A stretch of DNA of 64,000 nt from Balamuthia mandrillaris (Eukaryota), in the NCBI GenBank assembly GCA_031835245.2, contig JAVKOQ020000091.1, forward strand, positions 1-64,000. Reading direction: 5' to 3'. The notes under the pieces are model-generated. The model searched no databases. It saw only the letters and a program-made list of their open reading frames with translations, and was not told the DNA's origin. Each line of letters opens with the position of its first letter. The first letter of the stretch is position 1. Shown here piece by piece: positions 12,750 through 23,866 of this stretch. A program made the position numbers and the translations under genes.

Positions 12750-13936
12750 TGTACAGCTTGATAGTGGGGTATCCCTTCACACCTAACTTGCCGCAGACGG
12801 CTGTGTCGAAAGAAGTTTAGTCTGAAGCGGTTGTCATAAAAGAAGGCATAACGCACCCTTCTCCACGGTACAATCCACTTTGCCGACCTTGAACTTGCCG
12901 GCGGTTTGGGAGGAGAGCTCAGCCCAAGTAGGCGCCAAACGCTTGCAGTGACCGCACCACGGAGCGTAACTTCATCCACAACAAAGCTTGGATATCAGTC
13001 CAAACTCGAGTAGGTGCATCTCGCACAAGGAGGCGAGGAGACGGAGAGCAGAGAGAGGAGAGAAGAGAGGAGAGAGAGAGAGAGCTTTTGACGTACAACT
13101 CGAGCATCCAAAGCCCTTCGTTGGTGGTATCAACAAAGTTCTTTTCGGTAAGGACAACCACGCCGTCCTCCACATCTTTGGCTTCCTCTCGCTTGGCAGT
13201 CTCGACAGCGGCACCAGAAGCCTCCTTCTTCTCACCGGCGGTAGTAGGTGCGGCAGCTGGGGCAACGGTAGGAGGAGGGGGAAGAGGATGAGTGTCCGCG
13301 GTCTGGTAGCCACCCCTGGCGAATTCGGTGAACTTCTCGATCGTCCTTTGGCTGGCAAAGTCGTAGTACTTGTCGCCACGGATGCTGTGTTAAAACCATA
13401 CGTCCTTGTAAGTCAAACAAGGGAATAGAAGGAGAGAAAGGCCAGAAATGAAAGGGAGAAGGAGGAGGTAACAGGGAGAAACCAGCCATACAATTTGATG
13501 GTAGGATAACCCCGAATGCCAAACAAATTTGGGATCTCTGTCCAACGGAAAAGAATCAAGTAAGAACTTAGCTTTCAACCAAAAGCACACGTGCGTATAC
13601 AAACGTTTCTCAACAGTGCAGTCTATTTTAGCAACCTTGAAGCCATGCTCTTTGGCGGAGGTGGCGAGCTCCTCCCAAGTGGGAGCAAGTTTCTTGCAGT
13701 GGCCGCACCAGGGGGCATAGCTGCGTGATGTGTTGTATTGAGAGGGGTGAGTAAACCATAACAGTGAAATATGGAAGCAAAAGCAAAGCCACGCACAACT
13801 CGACCAGCCAATCACCCTCTTTGATATGTTCGTAGAAGTTTGCGTCAGTCAACACGACAACGTCTGATTCAGCGGCCGCCAAGGCCAAGAGGGCCAAGCA
13901 GCAGACCGCCACGAGGAAGGTCACAGTTTTTGTCAT
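11966..13936 (-). CDS. TXNDC5: Protein disulfide isomerase family, three thioredoxin domains (TXNDC5/ERp46-like)
   Basis: Signal peptide [22 protein letters not shown]; three YAPWCGHCK motifs (near 13710, 12960 and 12350); C-terminal HDEL*. Confidence 0.9.
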
Positions 13937-15168
13937 TATCTTGGAGAGAAAACGCTGGAGAGGAGTGTCTTTGTGGACCGTTCAGAAAAAGCGACAAAAA
14001 AAAACAACAACAGCACAGTCACAACAAAAAAAAAATCATCTGACAAAAGAAATGAGTGGGACACGTCACACTTGGCTGAAGGGACAGATTTTATCTTCTT
14101 AAGGTAAAAAATTAAAGTCGACGCTGATGATGTCATTAATGTCGACTTTGTCGACGTCCAATCTCCCGCCACGTTTTTTTTTCTCCTTTGCTGTGCGCCA
14201 TGTGGTTCCTTCCCCTCTCTCTCTCTCTCTCTCTCGCAGGCCTCCTTCTTCCATGGTCAACCCCCACCCCTCCGGCTCGTGCCCTCCATCCGGGAAGCCT
14301 CTTCTTCCAACACTCCCTCTTCGCATCACTGGGTGCATGAGTTTTTTTCTTGTTGAAAAACAACAAAAACAAAAGCATAGAATTTCTTCCAAGTTTAAAA
14401 AAAAAAAACCTCAAAAAAGCGAGAAGCGACGACGGTGGTGTTTTTCCTCTCTTTTTCCCCCGCAGGCTGTTGTGTGGTCTGATTTTCCTCCGGCTGAGGG
14501 CTGATGATGTAAGCAAGGCAAGAGAGAGAGAGAGAGAGGGGAAGGAACCACATGGAGGCGGCGAGGGTTCACCAGGTTGGCCGATGCTGTATACTTCCGT
14601 TCGGTTTGGGACTTTGGGGGGGGGACCTCTCAGCTGCACTTCCGCACTGCGCTTTATTTTTTTTTTTGAATTCGCCGGTTGCGAGAGTTTTTGAGGAGAG
14701 AGCACTGGAGTGAGAGAGACGTTTTTTTTTTTAGGGGGAGGAAAAACTCTTGTTTTTTTTGCTTCCTTCCTTTCTTCTTCCTTCAACTTCCTTCTTGTTT
14801 TTTTTTTTTTTGTTTTTGTTGAAGTTATATTCTATTCTATTTTTTTTTTGTTCCCCTCCTCTTTGGTGTTTATTATTATTTTTTTTTTTCATTCTCGTTC
14901 TTTCTTGTTTGCTTCGTTGCTTCTTCTTCTTTCTCTGGTTTGTTGTGGAGTGGCCTGTTCGACTTTGCGTGGGGCATTCGAAATTGAGGCCTTTTGGTGG
15001 TGAAAGAAGGAGATCAACAAGGAGAAACAGAGGGAGAGCGAGAGAAAAACGAGGACAGCCTTGTATCTGGACTGAAGCCTGGTCGAGAGCAAGGAAGGGA
15101 TCGAGCAACGCTGCCACAATCAGTCGATATTGGAATATAGGCGGCCGATGAGATAACGATTGCACACA

Positions 15169-16082
15169 ATGAGCGCATCCAAGGTCCGCATCGCTCAACC
15201 TGAATGGGTCTCCCATAGCGGTAACCTTTTCCCCCTTTTTCCTTCTTCGGCATCAACAACATCCAAAAGAAGCGACTGATACTCATCCATTTTTTTTGAT
15301 TCCATCAGAGTATCCCATTTTCTCAGTAGACATACATCCTGATGGCACTCGCTTCGCCACTGGTGGTGGAGGTACTTTTTTTTTCTTTGTCTCTCTCCAC
15401 AATTCTTTTTTTTCCATAAACCATCGTACTATTATCATCCAATCACACTCACTTTCAACTTCCTCTTTGATTTTCTGTTTGTGGTTTTCGTCCACACAAA
15501 GACAACAAGATCAAGATATGGAACTTGTTGGCTTTGGCCTCTCCCGAGTTGGACGCCAGCGAGTCGGTGCCTAAGCTACTGGCAGTGATGGAGGAGGGCA
15601 GCCCCGTCAACTGCGTGCGCTTCAGCCCGGACGGGCGCTACCTGGCCACCGCCTCGGACGACAAGCTGGTGCTCATCTGGGAGCTGAGGGAGGGGAGGGC
15701 CACCCCTGCCTTTGGCTCGGACGAGGCGCCCAACGTGGAGAATTGGTGTCGCTGCGCTTCTCTCCATGGTCACATTAAAGGTACACCATTCCGCTGTTTT
15801 TTGTGGTTGGTGTTCTTTCTTCTTCTGGTTCTCCTGCTATCTAAGCTCTTCCAGTTTCAGTATCCTTATTGTAGTCTTTTTTTTTAAAAAGATGTGGTGG
15901 ATCTGTGTTGGTCTCCAGATGGGACAATGCTGGTGAGTTCCAGTCTGGCAAACGAAGTAATCGTGTGGGACATACCCAAAGCCACCATACTGGCTCGCCT
16001 CAATGGCCACATGGAGTTTGTCAAGGGCGTAGCATGGGGTCCCTTGGGCAAATACATTGCTAGTCAGGTTATTGCCTACTCT

Positions 16083-16118
<36 letters not shown>

Positions 16119-17137
16119 GTTCTTATTCACCCAGCAATTCTAATTTGATGTGCTTGTGTTTGCCTTTGTTGTTGTAACAGTCAGATGACAAGTCGGTTAT
16201 AATTTGGAGAACTAGCGATTGGAAGATGGAGGCACAAGTGAAGAAACCTTACCAACGTTCTTCTTCCTCTTGCTTTTTTCGACGGATAAGTTGGTCTCCA
16301 GATGGCACATTCCTTGCCACATCCTATGGCTTCAGCGGCCCATCACATGTGGCTCCTATCCTGGAGCGGTCCAAATGGGATGACGTCTATTGCGACTTTG
16401 TGGGTCACAAAAAGCCTGTTGTCTGCGCTGTAAGCTCTCTCCCCCCTCCTCCTTCGCCCACCCTTATTTTTAAACTTACTTTGTCATTATTCTCGTAGAA
16501 ATTCAATCCTGTTGTTTTTAGAGTAGGCGCAGAAAAGCAGCCATGCAGCTATTGTGCTCTAGGTACTCTTTCTTACCTTTCCTTCCTTTTTCATCTTTTC
16601 TAAATGTTTAAATGATAAATAGGGAGTCAAGATTGTGGCATTTCTTTATGGTCAACAGCCACAAAGATGCCATTGATGGTGGCTACCGACGTCTCCCGCC
16701 AAAGCATCTTGGACCTGAGTTGGAGTAGCGACGGCAAAAGCCTTTTGAGCTGCTCGACAGACGGGACCGTCACCTTATTTCAATTCAACGAGCAACAACT
16801 GGGCGTTGCTATGTCGCCAGCAGAGCAGAAAAAGATGTTGGTGGGCCTATACGGAGAGGCCGCATTTGCTACTAATCATCAAGCCGCCTCCATCTTTCTC
16901 GCAGAGACTCCGGAGCAGCTGGAATTCGAGCGCGAGAATCTGACCAGAAGAAGTAGTTCTTCATTTCTTCTTAGTCCTCGTCCTTCGAGAGCGGCTGCAA
17001 CACCAAGTCCTATTGCTTCAAAGCAGGTGGAAACTCGTTTAAAGAACGGAAAGCGCCGCATCACGCCCCAATTCTTAGGGTATTTGGTCTAGTCTCTTAG
17101 TCTTTTTTTCGTTTTTCTTTTTCTTCTGGCTTATAAA

Positions 17138-17184
<47 letters not shown>

Positions 17185-19833
17185 GTGCTACCTCACCTGT
17201 AGCAAGTAAACAATGGAATCCGATAGATTACAGTCCTTCCAACAGTTCGCTCTCGCAACAAGGCCAAACTTCGCAACCTGCCACATCTCCTACTAATATG
17301 GACGCTACAACTTCCACTACATCTAACCTCCCCTCTACAGTTACTACTGCGTTACAACAAACGAGCGGGTATCTTCTATCCCTTTTGTCCTTTTCGCTTT
17401 TTCCTCTCGTTTTCTCTTTCTCTGATATTTTATTTTTTGTCACAGCAGCGAAAACCCTACAAATAGACCGACCAAAAAAGCCAAACTTACAGAAAATGAA
17501 GAAATGATCTTAGCAACACATTCATTTGAAGCAACCTCCAAGGCAACGACGACAACGGCAGCTGCCACCAAATCACCAGAAGCCCGGAAAACCACACCTA
17601 AAACTACGCCCAAAACCACTCCCAAAGCAAATGGCAGTAGCAAGACGAAAAGCGTGAAAGGCAAAGAGAAAGAAAGCGACTCGAAAAAGAAGAAGAAGAA
17701 ATCTTCCTCCACCTCTTCCAAACCATCCTCAACCAGCGCTTCTCCCAAATCTTCAAAGAAGTCTTCCACACTGACGAAAAAAGAAAGCTCCTCAACTACT
17801 CTCTCTTCACAATCTTCCTCTACTTCCTTGAAAGGAGCAGTTGTAAAGTATTTGTTGCCAGCGCCACCCATCATCACCAGATTGGCCAAACAGTTCAAAA
17901 CCTCTCCACGGCCATTAATGGCCTTCACGAATGACTCGTCCTCTTCACTTGCTCCCTCAAGTGTAACAGCAACGGGTGGAACAACAGCAGCGGATGGAAG
18001 TGGAGGAATGATGCCTCCCCCCGAGCCTCTCTTGGAAGCTACCATCACCCCTTCCTCGGAGGCGGGAAAGTATTCTTCGGTAATAGCGTGCAGAGAGCGA
18101 GCCACTTTGTGGCAAGACATTGTCCCGCAGCGAGTCACCGCGCTGGCTGGCAATCAAAGCTTTGCTGCTGCGGGCTGTGCGGATGGCTCTTTAATCGTCT
18201 ATTCTCCTGCAGGACGAAGGGTACACGTTTCTTCTTGTTTAATTTCTTTTTCATTTGGGCTGCTGAAGCTTTTCTAAACCAAAAAAAAAAAAAAAAAAAA
18301 CAGCTGCTTCCGTGTATCTGCTTAGGTTACGCCATTGTTCATTTAGAAACGGATTCTTCGCGATATCTGATGGCAATCACTCGGGACGGGAACGTCAGCA
18401 TATGGTTAGTACACACGTCCTTCCTTTTCACCTTGTTTTGTATTTCCTCACTGTGCTTTCTTCAGGGACATTCTCGAATTGAGAGCCATCTCCAAGGAAA
18501 GCATGACAGAACTACTTGAAAACCAGCCAAACCTTCGGATATGTTCGTTTTTTTCTTCCTTCCTTTCTTTTCTTATTCTTATCCATGAATTTCTTTTTAT
18601 TGTTTGCTGTTCTTGTTCTATACAGTAAGAACAGAAGTGACGGACGAAGCCCAACCTATCATCACTCTAAGCAACCACCACTCGTTCGTGTTCCACAAGC
18701 AGATGCGAGCGTGGCTACGGGTCACAGACAATGAGTTTCCTCATTCCCGTTTCAACTCTCATGCAGGCACTTTTCTTTCTTCTTCTCCCTCTGCTTTTAC
18801 TATTGGACCTTTGGCCAAGATTCAAGCCATGACCCCTTGGAAGAGTGGCGGCAGCGACGCTGTAGCTCTCTTCAACGCTTCTGTAGAGCAGCAAAGCGCT
18901 GAAACGATATCTCATCTTGAGGTTATTAACTTTTCCTTGTTTTGTCTCTTTCTCTTAATCTCTATTCCTATTTGTTCTTTTCTCTCGAATCTTTCTTAAC
19001 TTTTCTCTAATATTGTAAACTTATACTTACCCTTTGTTCTGCACCGAAAAAAACAGAGCCAAATAGGAGCAGCTTTGGTTTTGGGTTCCGCGACTGAGTA
19101 CAAGTACTGGCTACAGGCATATGTTCGTTATCTCTCTGCTGAAGCCGCCCTTCCTCGTCTCAACGAGCTTTGCACTTCCCTTCTTGGACCCCCGGGCCGG
19201 TATCTTTCTCTTTTACCTCTCCTTATTCTTTTCTTTGTCTCTTCTCTGCGTGTCTGCTTAACTTCTTTCCACTCTCGATCTTCTCACTTCTTTTTCAATA
19301 AATCAAAAAGGATAAAAGATTTGCAAAAGCTATCCGATGTTCGTGATAAACGAGAAGAAGAAAGCAGTGGATGGCATCCATTTATATTGGGACTCTCAAG
19401 AAGAGAATTGTTGAAACAATTATTGCCGATAATGGGAGCCACCAACAGAGCGTGCCAACGTTTAGTTAACCAATACCAAGAAGCTTTAGCAGAACTGCAA
19501 CAGAGAGAACAACCTTCGGCAATGGGCGAGGAAGATCCACTCCTCTCTGCTTCTTCTTTTTTCTGGCCACGTTCTTTTGCTTCTTCTCCCCCTCCTTCTC
19601 CTTCTTTCTCTTCTACTTCTCCTCCCAACGAGAAAGCGACGGAAAATAACGCTTCTTCTTCAACTTCAACAACAAAAAAGTCACAAAACAAACGAACAAT
19701 ACCAACAATAACACAACACAAGAACAATAGTAACAACAAGAACGCATCCGCCTCCGCAATGGAGATTGCGGATGCTGATGGAGGAAGGGAAGGAGGAGGA
19801 AAAGCTCCTTCTGCAAAAAGTAAAGAACAATAA
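15169..19833 (+). CDS. HIRA: Histone chaperone HIRA/Hir1 (WD40 repeats, B-motif, C-terminal Hira domain), multi-exon
   Basis: QPEWVSH|..IFSVDIHPDGTRFATGGG|DNKIKIW; VNCVRFSPDGRYLATASDD; FFRRISWSPDG; B-motif KQVETRLKNGKRRITP; TISHLE..SATEYKYWL..Y.RYL. Confidence 0.95.
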
Positions 19834-20349
19834 AACCAAAAATTAGAAACAAAACAATTTCTTGTGAAATGAAAAAAAAAAGGACTGAGTGGAGCTGAAA
19901 AACAAGAGAATCTGTCTCTATGTTGCAAGAGAGTCCCATAACTGATAGGGAGGGGCGAATGGTATAAAAGGACGAAGGAGAGAAATCCAATAATCGCTAA
20001 CATCCACGATTACGCAAAGTTTGACTGGTTCACGGTCTACACCCTTGAAAAGGGTGGCCTGAGTCTCTCCATATTCCTGGAGTTGACTCGGTTCTTTTTA
20101 AAACAAAAACAAAGCCCACTCGCTGGCCTTCACTGCCTATCAGAACCTAGATAAATATCGACAATTGTTCAGAAAGTGTCTGAAAAATCAATAACCATGC
20201 AGAAAGATTCATTTTTTCGATAGTTAAGAATGTAACAATATTATATTCAATTGTTATTGATAATATCGAAATCCTATTAAATAATCACCAACTATTGCTG
20301 CTCCAAAAAAAAAAAATGGAAGCAACAAAAAAATTATTGGAGCGAAACG

Positions 20350-21730
20350 ATGACCATGAGGAACAGGAGGAGGTGTAACGTCGTGCAGCGGATACTCCCC
20401 CTCTCCTTCCTCTTTCTCCTGGCCCTTCTTGGCGCCGTCGCAGCCACAGCTGCCACCCACAGCGGCGGTGCTTCCGATCAACCACCGCCCACATGTCCAG
20501 CAGCCATACGACGCCCCGCTGCCTCCTCTGAGCTGCTGTTCGCCCCAGTGACCACCACCCTCTCCAAGGAAAAGCATTGCCCAGCGATTTCCAGTTTTGT
20601 TTCATCCTCATGCTTGCTTTTCTTGTTCATCTAAACATCTTTTTTTTTTGTTTAGATCTTTCGTTGGCAGCGACGACTCGTGTGATAGAAGTAAGCGAGG
20701 AGGAGCTGAGAAGGTTGTTGGACAAAGCATTTGCTCCTGAATATCACCTCGTTCAATTCTACGCTCCATGGGTATCTCCCCCCTCCCCCCCCCCCCTTTC
20801 ACTTCCATGCTTCTTGTTCTTGTTTTGTCTCACGTTGTTTGCTTTTTTTCTCTGCAGTGTCCATTTAGTGCACAGATGGCACCAGCATATGCCGCCGCTG
20901 CTAGGCTCTTTCCCTCCATCCCCTTTCTTGCCCTCAACCTTGACCTCTATCCTTAGTACGGTCTTTCCTCTTCTCTCTTTTTCGTTTTCTTGCTTCTCCT
21001 TCTCTTTCTCTTTCTCTTTCTCTTTCTCTTTCTCTTTCTCTTTCTCTTTCTCTTTCTCTTTCTCTTTCTCTTTCTCTTTCTCTTTCTTTCTTTCTTTCTC
21101 TTTCTCTTCTTCTTCTCTTTCTCTTTCTCTTTCTCTTTCTCTTTCTCTTTCTCTTTCTCTTTCTCTTTCTTCTTCTTTCTCTTCTCTCTTTCTCTTTCTC
21201 TTTCTCTTTCTTTTTTCTTTCTCTTTTTCTCTCTTTCTCTGTCTCTCTATCTCTGTTCTCTGCTCTGTTTCCTCTTCTTTTCTCTTCGCCTCTATTGTCT
21301 CTTCTTCGTTTCTTTCTCTTTCTTTTCTTCTTTCTCATCATCCCGAAACAAACAAAGTGTTGCCGCAGAACTTTCGCTAAGAGGAATGCCGACAGTCGTT
21401 CTGTTCAAAGGTGGCACAGCAGGCGCTAGGCACGTCTACCAACAAAACCTCTCCACCTTCATCCGGTGGATCAAAGACCACACCAACATCTCTCCTGAAC
21501 CCTCCTTTTCATCTTCTTTATCCTCTTCTTCTCCTTCTGCTCTTCTTCATTCTGCTTCATCGACGAGTGATAAATATTTATCACAATTTAGAACGAACGA
21601 AGGAGAAGAAGGAGAGAGAGATATCTACTTGTGGTTGGCGAGCATTTATTTGGTCGGCTTGGTGGCGCATCGCTTTGTGTTGGTGGTTCTTGCTCGCAAG
21701 TCTTCTCTCGCAAATCGCCTGCGACAATAA
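20350..21730 (+). CDS. TXNDC15: Thioredoxin-like membrane protein (TXNDC15/APR-like), 4 exons
   Basis: Signal peptide, VQFYAPW|CPFS (CxxS), LARxFP-like AARLFPSI, RGMPTVVLF, C-terminal TM segment DIYLWLASIYLVGL. Confidence 0.8.
20996..21245. repeat. (TCTCTT)n-type pyrimidine microsatellite in an intron
   Basis: Pure C/T tract inside TXNDC15-like intron 3. Confidence 0.9.
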
Positions 21731-21902
21731 CAAAACAGAAGAGAGAAGTAAAAGAGAAGCACCAAGGAGGAATGACAAAACAGAAGAAGGAGAACAAAGG
21801 AGGATAGGGCCAAATAATTGTTGTTTTCTTAAGAAGGAAAGAAAGAAAAAGCGAAAGAGAGAACCTGGAGAGAGTTGTTTTTTGTTTTTTTTTCCCCCAA
21901 AC

Positions 21903-23327
21903 TCATTCAAGAAGACTTTGGAACTTGCCATCGTGCCACACGTGAGTGAGTTCTATGTGAAACTCTGCAGTTTCCATTCCCAACAATTGCTACAGAGAAT
22001 ATGTTTGTCAAAATGAGAAATGGAATGAAAAGCGAATGGAAAAGAAAGAGAGAAGAAATGGAGAACGGGGGATGAAAGAAAGCAATATAATGTACCAGTA
22101 TCTTTGCTTGTTCTGGTGTGAGTGGCTCTCCTTCTTTGCACACCGTGTAATCTCGTTCCAAATGGATAACACCTTTTGGTGTGTCAAGATAAGCAACAAG
22201 AGAGAGAGAGAGAGAACGAAAGTAAAACCTTTTTGAAGTTTAGTGGGCATTCCAAGTTTCCGAAGGAAAGGCTCTATGGAATGAGAAAACTGTTCAAGAG
22301 GACCCATCGATAGATGCACTGTTTCCGTTGCGGGAGAGCCGCTGCGAGCAAAATCTTTCTTTGTGTAGTTTTTGAAGAATCTGATTTTTTTGTTTGTTAG
22401 TTTGTTTCTGAGGTAAGAAAAATAAGAACGTACTCTTCGACTTCGGCGCGAGAAGAGTTTGTGAAAAGAAGACCACAGTTACCAGTTACTTCCTGAGCAA
22501 ATTTATAAATGAGAAATGAGAAACAGCAAGGAGAACCAAACAAAACGACAAGAAAGAAACGATAGAAAATGAAACAACAAGAAAAGAATGAAAGAGGTTA
22601 CAAACCTTGCTAAGGAGGTGCAAGTTTTCAGCAGCTTCTTCTTGTGCGGAACGGCCCAACGCGATTTGCATCACTTTATTTTTGCCCAAGAAAAATCTAT
22701 TCTCATTGTTTGTCAGTTTGTTTCGTTGAGGAGGAGGAGGAGGAGAAGAAGAAGAAGAAGAAGAACAAGAACAAGAAGAAGAAGAACAAGAAGAACAAGA
22801 ACAAGAAGAAGAAGAAGAAGAACAAGAAGAAGAACAAGAACAAGAAGAACAAGAAGAAGAGAGGAGAGGAACAAACAATATAAGTGCTCAGAGAAAGAAG
22901 GAAAGCACGAAAGAAGGAAATGACAAAGAGAGTGACGATAAGACAAACAACATGGTAAAAAAGAAACAGAAAATACAAAAAAAAAAAAGCGTACCTGCTG
23001 GCGGCCCATTGCGATCGAACCTCCTTAAGGTAGTTGGTCCGCATGTTCTGCGTGGTAAAGACATAAATGGTCTGGAACTGGCTGACGCTCTCCCGGATTT
23101 GGGTCACCAACGTTTCCTTCCGCTCTCCTACCCGCTTTTCCGTTCTGGCAAGAGTGACTTTTTTTTTACCAACGAAGAGAGCAGCAACAGAGAGCGAGAA
23201 AAGCAAAGAGGAGATTAGATGGAAATGTGATAAAAAAGCTCCGCATTTCAATAAAACAATAACAACAATGACTTCAACCAAAAGAAAAAAAAACCATACT
23301 AAGTTTGTTTCTGCGAGACTTTGGCAT
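21903..23327 (-). CDS. MRT4: Ribosome assembly factor MRT4 (uL10 paralogue), multi-exon
   Basis: [17 protein letters not shown]...[29 protein letters not shown]...|[15 protein letters not shown]...[32 protein letters not shown]. Confidence 0.95.
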
Positions 23328-23866
23328 GGTTCTGAAAAGGGATCTGGCGTTGATGAAACCACAAAAAAAAAACCTCTCTCCTCTTCTTTCTTCTTTCTTC
23401 TTTCTTTTCTTCTTTCCAATTTTTTTTATTTTAGAAAAAACCAGGAACACCTCATCATCAACCCCATATTCGGCATCTAAGGAATTTCAAGTAGGAAGGA
23501 ACGTATGGAATTCTAGGAATTTGCATCAACAACATTCTGAAAGAATGGAATGACAAGAATTGGAGAAATGCGATCCAGGCAAATATACTCATCATCAACT
23601 CTCATAATGGAATGACAAGAATTGGAGAAATTTTTTGAATGGGAAACGAACCCTCATGTTGTCGGCACAAAATATCACGAAAGAAAAAGAGGAAGAAAAG
23701 AACTTGACGGCGGCGGCGTGTTGTTGCTGTTGTTTGCCTTTCTTCTTGTTCTTGTGCTGCTTTCTTTGTTTGCTGCTGTAACGTTTGTGTGTCCTTTGAG
23801 CCCAAACCATCCCCCTTTTTTGTTTTTGGTAGTAGCTAGATTCAACTTCCTGGTTGGAGACAAAAA

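Noticed and set aside
11966..13936. Possible selenoprotein thioredoxin
   Set aside because: All three active sites are TGY-encoded CGHC; no in-frame TGA.
20040..20056. tRNA-like anticodon arm (TTC) on the minus strand
   Set aside because: No acceptor stem or proper D and T arms.
23544..23631. CRISPR-like repeat-spacer-repeat geometry (26/36/26)
   Set aside because: Only two repeats, no palindrome, no cas genes, eukaryotic promoter context.
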